Origin: Scenedesmus sp. PABB004
Lineage: Eukaryota
Direction: 5' to 3'
Assembly (NCBI GenBank): GCA_014905635.1
Contig: JABVCE010000040.1
Coordinates: 124,001 to 188,000 of the forward strand
Length of the DNA stretch: 64,000 nucleotides
Part shown: positions 49,211-60,800 of the stretch, in pieces
How the letters are laid out: the number at the start of each line of letters is the position of its first letter
Position numbering within the stretch: the stretch's first letter is position 1
The notes under the pieces: generated by a model
Databases searched by the model: none
Told to the model about the DNA's origin: nothing
What the model saw: only the letters and a program-made list of their open reading frames with translations
Program-made: the position numbers and the translations under genes

Positions 49211-49499
49211 CCAACCTCGGCTTCTGGGCGCAGGCACGGCGCCCGCGGGCGGCGGCGGCGGCGGCGGGATGCGCGGGGGGCCGCTGTGCTGCGCGCGCCG
49301 CAGAGGGCCTGCCGCCGCGTGCGCCTCCCCTGACGCCCGCCCGCCCGTCCGCGCGCTCTCCGCGCGCCGACGGCGACCGCGCCGCGCGCAGTACGCCGCG
49401 ACGGGCAAGGGCCCCATCCAGAACCTCGCCGACCACCTGGCCGACCCCTACCACACCACGTTCACCACGAACGGAATTTCTGTGCCTTTCTACAAGTAA
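49211..49499 (+). pseudogene. 5'-truncated LHCA7 fragment (end of exon 8, last intron, last exon) in duplication copy 2
   Basis: NLGFWAQ|YAATGKGPIQNLADHLADPYHTTFTTNGISVPFYK* with no upstream LHC exons. Confidence 0.88.
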
Positions 49500-50114
49500 A
49501 CGGGGCCGCTGCACGCTCGAGGGGCTGACACGGGGGCGGCGCGGGCGCGCGCGCTCGCGTAGGTATGCAGGGGTCAGCGTGCGCGCGCCGCGGTGCTGCG
49601 GCGGGCGTGCGTGGAGGAGGAGGAGGGCTGTGAGTGTTTGGCTCGCTAGGCGCGCGCGGCCAGCTGGGCCGCGCGGCGCGAGAGGAGGACGGGGGGCGGC
49701 GCAGGCGCGCCGGCCCCGCGGAGGCTGCTTGGAGGCAGCGGGGCGCGCGCGCGCGCGTGTGGGCGGGCAGCCGCCGCGCGCGTGCGTGCGCAGGTGGTTG
49801 GCGCGAGAGGCGCCAGCGGCGCCGTCGCGGCGGCGGGCGTAACGCGCGCCAACGACAACGTGCCGCTGCGACCCCGCGGGCTCAGCGCTCGGGGCGATGC
49901 AGCCCCGCCGCCAGCGCTCTCAGGCGCAGACCGCTGTGCCTTGTCTCCCCCCGACGCCGCCCGCCGCTGGCGACCCCACTTGCTGCCCGACCCCGCCGCA
50001 GCGGCGGCAGCAGCGAGCGGCGCCGCCGCTCCCGTGTGGCTGTGCCCGCGCCCGCGCGTGTGCCCCCGCAGCCCGCGGACGCTTCGCCGGTCCATCGCCG
50101 CGCCCGCGGCGGTC
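49211..50114 (+). repeat. Copy 2 of ~0.9 kb direct duplication
   Basis: Begins ccaacctcggcttctgg and matches copy 1 through cgcccgcggcggtc. Confidence 0.93.
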
Positions 50115-50186
50115 CTGCGGGCCGCGCAGCCGGCGCAGGGGGCGGCCGATTCCGCATCACCCGCTGCAGCCCCGCGATCCCGCGCC

Positions 50187-51885
50187 ATGCGGGCTCTCGC
50201 GGGCGTGCTGCCGCGCCTAGCTGCCCAGGGCGGCGCTGAGGCTGCACCCGTGCTGTGCGCCTGGCTGCAGCGCATGCTGGACGCCGCCGTGGTGGGCAGC
50301 AGCAGCGGCAGCCGGCGCGGCGTGGCGAGCCAGGCGGCCGCCGCGCAGGCCGAGCCCGGCGACGACCCGGCGGCCTGGAAGCGGGCGCAGCGCCCCGCCT
50401 TCTCCATCCGGCCGAGCGTGCTGTCGCCGCTGCACGCCCTGCACCGGTGCGAGCCACGAGCACCCTCCGCCCGCGCCCGCGCGCCGCCGCCGGCCGCCGC
50501 GCCACCGCGCCCTCCACTTGCCGCCGCCGCCGCAGGGAGGGCGCCGAGGTGGAGCAGCGCATCAACCTGCTGGGCAAGACGATGACGGCGCACATGAAGC
50601 TGTCGGAGGAGCTCCACCCGGACGAGCTCGCCGCGCACGCGGACGCGCCCGACCCGGTCGCCGCGGCGCTCGGCGCGCGGCGCGCCGCGCTCGCCGAGGC
50701 GCGCGCCGCGCACGACGCGCTGCTGGGGCAGCACGTGCTGCACCCGGAGATGTCGCGCGAGCGCGCGGGCGGGTACATCGGCGCGCTGGAGACGATGGCC
50801 GCGCTCAAGGACCGCGCGGCGTCCGACTTCCAGCGCGTGCTCGAGGGTGGGCAGCGGCGCGGCGGCGGCGCGCGCGCCGCCTGCGTCCGCGGGTGCCGCC
50901 GGCGCCGGCACCTCCACGCCGCACCCCCGCGCGCGGCCCCGCTGCCGCTCACGCCCGCGCCGCCGCCCGCTCTCTCTCTCTCTCTCTCACGCACACACGC
51001 AATACCACACACACGCGCAGGCGACAAGAGCGTGTGGGAGTACTGGTTCAAGGACTTCACGCCAAAGTACGCAGGCCTCCCGGGGCTGGGCAGCCTCGAG
51101 AAGATCATGAGCGAGGCGCGGGTGAGCGTGATTGACAAAGCGCAGCGGGCGCGCTGCGGAAGCTCGCGGCGGGGGCGAGGCGCGCGGCGGGCCAGGCGGC
51201 GAGCCACAGGCGGCGCGGCGCGTGGCGCTGGCCGAGACCTCCGCCCAACCTGCCTCCCCCCCCTCGCTGTCCGCCTGTCTGCCCGCAGGAGGAGGGCATG
51301 CTGCGCCAGCTGGCGGCGCTGCGCGCGTCGGCGCCACGGCCGGCGCCGGCGCCGCGCGTGGACCACCTCGGGCGCGCGCGCGCGGTGGGCGGGCGCAAGA
51401 CGAGCGTCGCGCAGGTGCGCGGGGCGGCGGCGCGCCGGCGGCGGCGGCGGCCGTCCCCGGGGCGGGGCTGCCCCTGCGGGTGCGCGAGGCGCGCGGCGTG
51501 CGCCCGCCCGACCGCTGCTCCCGCCGCGCCGCGCCGCTCGGCGCAGGTGTATCTGTGGCGCGGCGAGGGCCGCGTGCTGGTCAACCGGCGGCCGCTGGAC
51601 GCCTACTTTGGCGACCTGCTGCTGCGCAGCAAGGCGCTGCGCCCGCTCGCGGTCACGGGCCTGCTGGGCGGCGTGGACGTGCTGGTGCAGGTCGACGGCG
51701 GCGGCAGCTCGGGCCAGGCGCAGGCGGCGGCGCACGGCATCGCAAAGGCGCTGCGCCGGCTCGACCCCGGCCTGCGCCCCGCGCTCAAGGCGGCGGGCCT
51801 GCTGAAGCGCGACCCGCGCATGGTCGAGCGCAAGAAGCCGGGCAAGGCCAAGGCGCGCAAGGGCTTCGCCTGGGTGAAGCGCTGA
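50187..51885 (+). CDS. MRPS9: Mitochondrial ribosomal protein uS9m with long N-terminal extension
   Basis: GRARAVGGRKTSVAQ|VYL, VDGGGSSGQAQAAAHGIAKAL, GLLKRDPRMVERKKPGKAKARKGFAWVKR*. Confidence 0.9.
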
Positions 51886-52153
51886 GGCGCCTGGGGCCGC
51901 GCGCGGCGGCGTCGCGCGGCGGTGCAGCGTCGGGGCCTGGCGGCGCCCGGCGGCTCGCGTGAAACGCGCCCCACGTGTCGCCCGGACCTCCCATCGCTCG
52001 TACCGCGCGCTGCCAGCCCCGCCCAGCCGCCGCACGAGCAGCAGGGCCGGGTCAGAGCTGGGGCGCCCAGTTCCAGGCCTGCCCCGGCGCGCGCGGGGGT
52101 CTGCGCGCCCCCAGCTGGCGCCCTCGCAACGCCAGCCGTCCCGGCCAGCCACG

Positions 52154-53751
52154 ATGAACGACGCGGGCAGCGGCGAGCCGTGCCCAGGCAGCCCGCTGCC
52201 CGATGGCCCAGGCGGCGAGGGCGAGGCGTCCGACGACGACTTTGAGTACCAGGAGGTCGAGCTGGTCAGGTGAGACGCCGGGGCTGGGCCCCCGCCCGGC
52301 CCGCGCAGCGGCCGCGCGCGGCGGCGTGGCGCGCGGCGCCGAGCCGCCGCTGTCGGCGCGCCGCCGCCGCAGCGAGGACGAGGACGACGACATCAGCGAG
52401 GACCTGGATGCCGCCATGCGCAGCCTGCAGGCGCTGACCAGCAAGGTGGCGCGCAGCGCACGGCGCGCGCCGCTCGCGGCCAGCCGGCGTGCGTGGCCGC
52501 GCGCGCTGACCGCCGACCGCCGCCGCCGCCGCCGCCGCGCAGCGCCCGACCGGCTCGCCCGCGTGCGCCGCGGCGCGCCTCTCGACGCCACCGGGCGGCG
52601 TCGTGCGACGCCCCGAGGTCGTCGACGACTTTGTGCGCAACTGGTGCGCCAAGATGGGCCTGTCGCGCACCGCGGAGGCCTTCGAGGCGGAGTGGTACGA
52701 GGCCAAGGCCACCGGCCGCCTGCCCGAGGCGCCGCAGCACGTGCCGGACGTGTACCTGCACAACGGGGTGCGCAGCCGCGCGTTGCGACCACGCTCTTTG
52801 ACCGCCGGGGGCTGGGCTGGCCGCTGGCCCCGCGCACGCCTGCCCGGCGCAGCGGAGGGCCACGCTGCCGCGCCGCGCCGTGTGCCGCGCAGGAGCTGGA
52901 GGAGGAGCTCGCGGGCATGCGCGGCGAGCTCGCGGCCGCGCGCGAGGTCGCGGCGCGCGCGGCCGCGACGTGGGACAAGTTCCGCAAGGCGCGGCGAGCT
53001 GGCGCATGCGCACTCCCGCCGCGCGCTGCGCCGAGCCGCACCAAGCCGCGCGCTGACCGTTGCCCCGCCCCGACCCCGGCCGGCCCGCCCCGGCGCTTGC
53101 AGGAGCGCGACTTCCACCGCATGCACCACAAGCGCGTCGCGCAGGAGAAGAACCGCCTCATCGCAGACATCAAGCGGCTCAAGGCGCGGGGGCGGGGGGC
53201 GCGGCCCTGCCGCGCGTGGCTGCCGCCTTGGCTGAGCCCCGGCAGCGCCCCCGTGCCCAGCGCGCGTGGCGCCGCGCGCCGCCGGCCGCCGCCGCTGCGC
53301 TCCGACCGCCGCCGCGCGCTGCCGGCCGCGCTGTGCACACGCGCGCGCTGCCGGCCGGCCCAATCCCTCCCAAACCCTCCCAAACCCTCCCTCCCTCGCC
53401 GCGCAGGCGCACTACGCCAAGTACGAGCCGACCATCCTGGAGCTGCGCCGCAAGTACGAGGCGGCGCTCAAGGAGAAGATGCTGGCGGGGCTGGAGCGCG
53501 ACAAGATGGCCGCCAAGGCGGGAGCAGCGCGCAGCGCGCAGCGCGCACAGCGCGCGGGCGGGCGGCAGCACGAGCAGCGCGCGCGCTGCGCCGCGGGCCT
53601 CCTGCCGACCGCTGCCCGGCCGCCACGCCGCGTTGGCGCAGGTGCACGCGCTGGACGAGCGGCTGCGCAAGCAGGCGGCGGAGCAGCAGCAGCAGCAGTC
53701 GTCGGCGGTGCAGCTGCAGCAGCAGTCGGGGCAGCAGCCGGAGCTGCTGCA

Positions 53752-53784
<33 letters not shown>

Positions 53785-55583
53785 GCAGGCCGGCGGCGGC
53801 GGCGGCAGCCGGCAGGCGTCGGCGACGCTGCGGCACGGCAGCGCCGGCCCGGGCTCGCCCTGGCCCACGGCAGGGCGGCGGGACCTGGCGGCCAGGGACG
53901 ACGACGACCTCGAGCTCACCCCAGCCCAGGTCGGGGGCTTCACCTGCCAGAAGAGCTTCAAGGCGCGGCGCGCGCCGGCGCGCGCGTGCGTGCGCCTGTG
54001 CCAGGGCCCGGCCGCCGCTATTGGGGCTGCGCGCCGCGCGCGTGCAGTCGCCCGACCTGACCGGCGCCCGCGCGCGCGCGCGCTGGCACAGGGCCACTTG
54101 CTGCCGGTGGCCAACGTCGCGCTGCACCCGAGCAAGCCCATCCTCGCGACCGCGAGCGACGACAAGACCTGGAAGCTCTGGCACCTCCCGCACGGCGACC
54201 TCATCATGTGCGGCGAGGGACACAAGGACTGGGTCGCGGGCGTCGACTTCCACCCCTCCGGCACGAGCCTCGCGTCCGGCTCGGGTGCGGCGCGCGCGCG
54301 CGGGACGCAGAGCGCAGGGCGCGGAGCGCGGCGCGCGGCGCGCGGCGCGCCGCGCCCCGCCGAGCCGCGCGCCCGCTTGCGACACCCGCGACGCCCGGCC
54401 AGGCGACAGCACGGTGAAGATCTGGAGCTTTGAGCGCCAGCGCTGCGTCGCGACGCTGAGCGACCACAAGCAGGCGGTGTGGGGCGTGCGCTACCACGAC
54501 CAGGGCGACTGGCTCGCGAGCTGCAGCCTCGACCACAGCGTGCGGTGCGTGGCCCGCGCCCCGCGCGGCGCGGAGCGCGACGCAGGGGAACGGGGCGCGC
54601 GCGGCGCCGGGCGCTGGCGCCCGCTCACCGCGCGCGCCGTCGCCGCGGCGTCGTCGCGCCCGCGCCGCGCGCAGGCTGTGGGACCTGGCGCTGGGCAGGT
54701 GCCGGCAGGTGCTGCGGGGGCACGTTGACTCGGTCAACGACGTGCACTGGCAGCCCGCCGGCGCCGCGATCTGCACGGGTGCGCGCCGCGGCGCCCTTGC
54801 AGTCAGCCAGCCCAGCCCCGCGGCGGCGACGCAGCGGCGGCCCACTGCGCGGCGCCGACCCCGCTGCGCCGACCCTGCCGCGCGCCGCGCGCCGCGCCAG
54901 GCTCGTCCGACAAGACCGTGTCGACGTGGGACCCGCGCAGCGGGCTGTCGACGTCGACCTTCTACGGCCACCGCAACTCGGTCAACGCCGTGGCCTACAG
55001 CGCGCGCGGCACGATGATCGCGTCCACGGGTGCGCGCCCCGCGGCGGCGGGGCGGCGCCGGGGCCGGGGCTCGCGCGCATCCGCCAGCGCTGCGGCCCGC
55101 GCGCCGCACGCTCCCATGGCACCCAGCGCGGGCGCGGTCGCCCACGCCGCCGCGCCGCGCGCCGCCGCGCCGCGCGGCGCAGACGCGGACGGCGGCGTGC
55201 GGCTGTGGGACGTGCGCATGGTCGCGGAGGTGCTGGCCCTCGAGACGGGCAAGTACCCCGCCAACAAAGCGGCCTTTGACGCGAGCGGCGCGGTGAGCTG
55301 GTCGGTACGGCGCAGCGCGCCGGCGACGCGCGTGTGTGGCGGCGGCGGCCAGCGGCGCCGCGCGCGGCCGCCCACCCAGGCTGCCCGCCCACCCGCCCGC
55401 GCGGCGCAGGTGCTGGCGGTCGCGAGCGACGACGGCAAGGTGCGCTGCCTCAACACGCGGAGCGGCGAGGTCATCGTCGAGCTCTGCGGGCACGAGGACG
55501 CGGTGCAGGCGGCCGTGTTTGACCCCGCCGCGCAGTACCTCGTCTCGTGCGGCTCCGACAACACCTTCAAGCTCTGGAGCTGA
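52154..55583 (+). CDS. PF20: Flagellar central-pair WD40 protein PF20/SPAG16
   Basis: EVVDDFVRNW...FEAEWYE, WDKFRKERDFHRMHHKRVAQEKNRLI, KYEAALKEKML, then WD40 repeats ending CGSDNTFKLWS*. Confidence 0.93.
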
Positions 55584-56981
55584 CGCGGCGGCGCAATGGG
55601 GGGGGGGGCGGGGGAGCGGGGAGTGGGGAGCGGGGAGCGGGCGGGACAGGGCAACCGCGGCCCCAACCGCGCCCGTGCGCCACGGCGGCAGCTCGCAACG
55701 CCGCGCGTTGCTGGCCCGCCTGGCGGGCCTGACCAACTCCCGTCTCGCCACCGCACGCGTCTGTGTCCTCCAAGAGCGACCAACCGAGCAGCCCGCAAGC
55801 GGGACCACATGCTGGCAAGCCGGCGCAGGGCGTGTAGCGAGCATGGCGCGGCCCAGGCGCGCGCAACCCACCAGCACACCCACCTGCACGCCGCCCGCTG
55901 GTCTCGATCGCGCGCCGGACCGTGGCACAAGGCAGAAGAACCGCTGCGAGGACCAACCCCCGCACGCCCCCGCGCCCCGCCGCCGCCCCCCGCGACCGAC
56001 GCCGCCTTCTCGCCCCACCCCGGTCGAACGCACACCCAGCCCGGCGGTGCCCCGGGACTCCACACACACCGGCCCACAGAACTGGCAGCGGGGCCGCACC
56101 AAACACACACGCCCGCACACACCCAAAGAGCCTCACGCACCGGCCGGCCCGAGCGGCGCCGGGCACGGTGCAGAGGAAGGGGGTGCTGCGCCGCAAGCAG
56201 CGCAACACACCGTGGCGGGGTCGCGCAGCGCGCGACAAAACCCGCGAGGCAGGCCCAGGGCGACGCCGCCGCCGCCTGAAGGTCCTGCTGCAGCCGGAGC
56301 GCACACGCTCACGGCCGCCTGTCGCCGCCGCCGCGCCTCGGGGGGAGGTGCGGCAGGCAGCCTGCCGAAGAGGCGCTGACCAACGGCCTCGGCGCCCTCC
56401 ACGCGCCTGGGTGGCGCAGCCTCCTGCGCGCCCGCCGCCGTCTTGGTCTCGAGGCTGTCACTGCTGGGGATGGCCGGGCCGCCGGCGGGGTCCCACCACC
56501 ACGGCCGCTGCGACGCTGCCGCTGCCGCCGCCGCCGCCGCTGCCGCTGCCGTCGCCGCCGGCCCGGCCAGGCGGACCGACGCTCCACACGCCCGAGAGCC
56601 GTGGCCGCGCCCCGGCGCGCCGCGGCGGCCCGGCCTCGCCGGCGCCGCCGCGTGCCGCGCTGCCCCGCCGTGCGCGCCGTCGCGCACCGGCGGGGCCTGC
56701 CGCGCCGCCCCGGCCGGCCGGGCGCCCCCGCCAGGCCACCGGGCCCGCGCGCTGGGCGCCCGGTGCCACGGGCGCGGCGGATTGTGTTGTTGATTACACG
56801 GCGGGGCCCTGTACGCTCCGGGCGGTTGAGCGTCCCACATCGGAACGCCTGGCGGGCCTGACCAACTCCGCGGATTGTTGTTGTTGTAGCACGGCGGAGC
56901 CCAAGCGCTGGGACCACGCCGGCGGGGGCAAAACAATTGAGGGCATCGGTCACGGCGGATTTGTGTGTTTGACACTGCGCG

Positions 56982-56989
56982 TATATATA
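56982..56989 (+). promoter_or_regulatory. TATA element upstream of tRNA gene
   Basis: TATATATA at -36 to -29 from the mature tRNA start, standing out in a very GC-rich background. Confidence 0.7.
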
Positions 56990-57017
56990 CTGCAGAATCT
57001 GATGTACCTGTGCTGTC

Positions 57018-57091
57018 GCCCTTGTAGCTCAGCGGTAAGCAGCGTGTGGCTTGTAACCACAAGGTCCCAGGTTCGATCCCTGGCGGGGGCA
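57018..57091 (+). tRNA. trnT(UGU): tRNA-Thr (anticodon UGU), intronless
   Basis: Acceptor stem GCCCTTG/CGGGGGC+A; anticodon arm TGTGG-CTTGTAA-CCACA; T arm CCAGG-TTCGATC-CCTGG. Confidence 0.92.
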
Positions 57092-57099
57092 ATTTGGCC

Positions 57100-57103
57100 T
57101 TTT
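57100..57103 (+). terminator. Pol III oligo-T terminator
   Basis: TTTT 9 nt after the discriminator base. Confidence 0.6.
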
Positions 57104-57811
57104 GGCCCGTTTCGTCGGCCCGTCCGGCGCGACATAGTGTTGCTGGCGGCGGTGGGCGCGTTTTGGCAGGCCCTGGCCGACCTTGCGGCGACGCCCCGCG
57201 TTCCTCTCGTTGCCCCTACTGCTAGCTTATCTGCCAGCCCTTCGTTGCTTGCAGCACAGTCAACCTGCGTTGCCGCGCAGCGGCAACGGCTTGACTCTTG
57301 TCCGACATTGAGCTGCCTGCTTGCGCCGGGGGTCTCCCCGCGTGCCGATGTGTGCGGGTGCTGACAACACCTTGCCAGTTCAAACGTGAGAACAGACACG
57401 GAGCGCTCACTGCGCGCAGCCTGCGCCGCAGCGGTGTGTGCATGCTGCGGTCACCCGGCTGCCGCCGACACCGCCGAACAAAACCCCTGCAGCGAGACGT
57501 CTGACACGGTGTGTGTGGCGGTGACAACACTTGGTGTGAATGTGGCAATGCTTTTGGGAGTTGGCGTCGCTGGGGCGGCAACTGCGTGCGAGACTGACAC
57601 GCTTCAATCGTCAAGGTCCCGGCGCCGTAGGCGCCTGATTTCCCCTGTGTAACTCCCTTCTCTTTTCGGCCCGTCCGGTGTGGGCGCCCACGCCGCGCAG
57701 GGGAGGGGCGCGGGGGCAGCGCGGCGCGGCGGGGCGGCCGGCCGGGGCGTCCGAGGGTCACCGCGGGCGCGCGCCCCGCGCGCCGCGCGCCCGCGCGCGT
57801 CGCCGCGCGCG

Positions 57812-60800
57812 TCACCGCGCCGCCGCCGGCCGCCGCGGCCCGCCCGGCGCCGCCGCCGCGGGCCCGCCCGCGCCCGCCGCCGCGCCGCCGGCGCCGCCGC
57901 CGCCGCCCGCGGTCGCGCGCGCGCGCAGCGCCGCGACCGCGCCCGCCATGCCGCACTCGTCGCCCGCGTGCGCGAGCCGCTCCCAGCCCTGCTCGTCGGG
58001 CGCGACGCCCGCCGCGGCCATCGCGCCGTAGAGCTGCTTGAACGCGCCCGCCTGGCCCTGCTCCAAGTAGAAGCTGAGCATGGTCACGTAGCTGTTGCTC
58101 GTCGCGAGCCGCGCCTCGGCGAGCCGCGCGAGCACGGCCGCCGCGGCGGACAGCGACGCCGCGACGACGTGCGGCAGCCCCGGGACTGGCGCGCCGCCGG
58201 CGCCCGCGAGCCGCGCGAGCTCCGCCGCCTCGGCGTTGGCCGCGGCGGCGTCCGCCGTCGCGGCGGCGTCCGCCGCCGCCGCGGCGTCGCCGTCGCCGTC
58301 GCCGCCGCCGCCGCCGCCGGGCTGCCGCTCCTCCTCGCCGCCGGCGGGCGGCCGCGCCCGGCCGCGGCGCCCGCGGCGCGCGGCGCGCGGCGCGCCCGCG
58401 GCCGGGCCGCCCGCGGCGGCGCGCGGCGGCGGCGGCGGCACGCGCTCCCACGTCCGCACGCGGCGGTACGCGTTGATGAGCGCCGTGCCCAGCTGCGTCG
58501 TGAGGCCGACGCGGCGCTGCGCCATCGTGGCCGCGAGGCCGTGCACGTCGACCCACGCCGCGCCGCCGCTGCCCGTGCGCGCCGCCGCGGTGAGCAGCGC
58601 GGTGAGCGTGTAAGCGTCGGGCGAGAGCCCCCGCCCGAGCAGCTCCTGCTCGTACACGGCGCACGCGCTCAGGAACGCGCCGACCTGCGCGACGCGCGGC
58701 GGCGGCGGCGGCGGGGTTCAGGCGGCGGCGGGGTTGAGGCGGCGGCGCGGCAGGGTTGAGCCGGCAGTCGGCGAGCCGCGGGCGCGTGGCGCGCGCCGCA
58801 CCTGGGCGTGCGCGAAGAGCAGCGTGTTGACGACGGTCAGCATGTCCACGCGCGCGCCGCGCCCGCCCCGGGCCGCCGCGGCGCCGGCGCCGGCGCCCCC
58901 CTCCTCCTCCGCCGCCTCCGCCGCCTCCGCCTCCGCCTCGTCCGCCGCGCCCTCCGCCGCGCCCTCGTCCGCCGCGCCGGCGGCGCGCCGCGGCGGCGGG
59001 AGGCGCAGGCTGAGCGCCATGTGCTGGTACAGATGCCGCGCGAGGCCGAGGTTGCCGGCGCGGCCCGCGGCATTGAGAAGGTTGGTGTAGAGCGGCGGGT
59101 CGGCGGGGACGCCATCCTCGAGCATGTTCTCAAACAGCTGCGGCGCGGGCGGGCGCAGGCGCGTGTGTGTGAGGGTGTGTGTGAGGGTGCGGCGGCGGCG
59201 CGTGCGGGCGAGCACGGTCGCGGCGGCGGCGGCGGCGGCGCGGGGCGCGCGGGTGTGCGGGCGCGTGCGCGCGGGAGAGAAAGGCGGGGCGGGGCCGGGG
59301 CCGGGGCGGGGGCGGGGGCGCACCTGCTGCGTGAGCTCGACGCGCCCCGACACGAGCACGCCGCGCATGAGCGCGTTGTAGGTGAAGGTGTCGGGCAGGT
59401 TGGCCGCCTCCGTCTCGAGCCGCTGCGCGGCGCGGCGCGGCGCGGTGCGGCGGTGAGCGCGGCGGTGAGCGACGCGCGACGCGGGCACTCGGCGCGGCGC
59501 GTCTGAGCCGCATAGCACACCACCCCCTGCAGGAGAGAGGCCTGCGACCAAAGAAAGCCAACTAAAACCAACCAACTTAAGCCCCGCCGCACCTGGAGGT
59601 TGTAGACCGCGAGCGCGTCGTCCATGCGCCCCGCGCTCGCGCAGAGCTGGAGGAGGCAGTTGTAGGTGAAGGCATTGAAGCTCACGCGGCGGCGCAGCAG
59701 CTCGTCAAAGACCTGGCGCAGGCGCAGCCGCGGCGGCGGCGCGTGGTCAGCGGCGCGTGGAGAGCGGCGCGTGGCGGGCGGCGCGTGAGGCGCGGTGTGA
59801 GCGGCAAGTGAGCGAGCGGGCGGGTGAGGTTCGCGGCGCGGCGCACCTCGAGCGCGACCGCGACGTTGCGCTCGCGCGCGCAGGCCTTGATGAGCGCCGA
59901 CGCGCCGTACGGCCCGATGTCGTACGCCCGGGCGCACAGGCCCGCCCACGTGCTCAGCGCGAGGTCGAGGCGCGACGCGAGCGCGTAGGCGTTGAACACC
60001 GCGCCGCACGTGTGCTGGTTCATGTCGGGCCGCGCCAGCGCGTAGCTGCCGGGGCGCCGCGCGGCGGGCGCGCCGGCGGGCGGGCGCGCGGCGCGTCGGC
60101 GAGGCGCGCCGACGCGGGCGCGGGCGCGGGCGCGGGCGCGGGAGAGGCGCGGCGAGCGGCGCTGCGGGCGCAGCGCGGCGCGGCGCGGCGCGGCGCACTC
60201 GGCGAGCTTGGGCAGCAGGTGGCTCGCGCGCCACTGCACGAGGCGCGGCATGGCGAGGTGGAGGAACACGATGTCTATGGCGTCCAGCGCGGCGACGTCC
60301 ATGGGCTCCGCCGCGAGCGCGGCCGCGATGAGCGCGGCGCTCGCCTGCTGGTTGCTGAAGCGCTGCGCCGCCGCGGCGTGCGCGGCCGCGCCCGCCGCCG
60401 CGGCGGCGAGCTCGGGCGAGTCATCGGGCACCGTCAGCGCGGCGCTGCCGCCGTGCCGCCGCCGCTGCTGCTGCTGCTGCACCTGCTGCTGCTGCCCCTG
60501 CCGCTGCTGCTGCGGCCGCGACGGCTGCTGCTGCGGCCGCGACGGCTGCTGCTGCCGCGGCGCCGGCGCCGGCGGCGCGCCCGCCGCGGCCGGCGCGGGC
60601 GGCGCCGCCTCGGGCTGCGGCGCCAGCGGCGGCAGCGGCGGCAGCGGCTCGGGCGGCGGCGCCGGCAGCTCGCTGCTGAGCACCGGCGCGGGCGCGGGTG
60701 GGGGCGCTGGCAGCGACTCGCCAGGCAGCGGCCCTGGCAGCGCCGCGGCCGCGACCGCGTCCGCGCGGGGCGCCTCGTCCGCGGCGTCGCCCGGCGGCCT

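Noticed and set aside
46504..50114. Direct repeats as LTRs of a retroelement
   Set aside because: The repeat starts inside an LHCA exon and includes its intron. I saw no TG...CA ends, PBS or gag/pol sequence.
51122..51150. GC donor at 51149 in uS9m
   Set aside because: An in-phase GTGAGC donor at 51122 is equally plausible, so it was not counted.
57018..57700. tRNA-derived SINE or tRNA-snoRNA dicistron
   Set aside because: A T4 terminator follows the tRNA directly, and no C/D pair, tail or TSD is evident.
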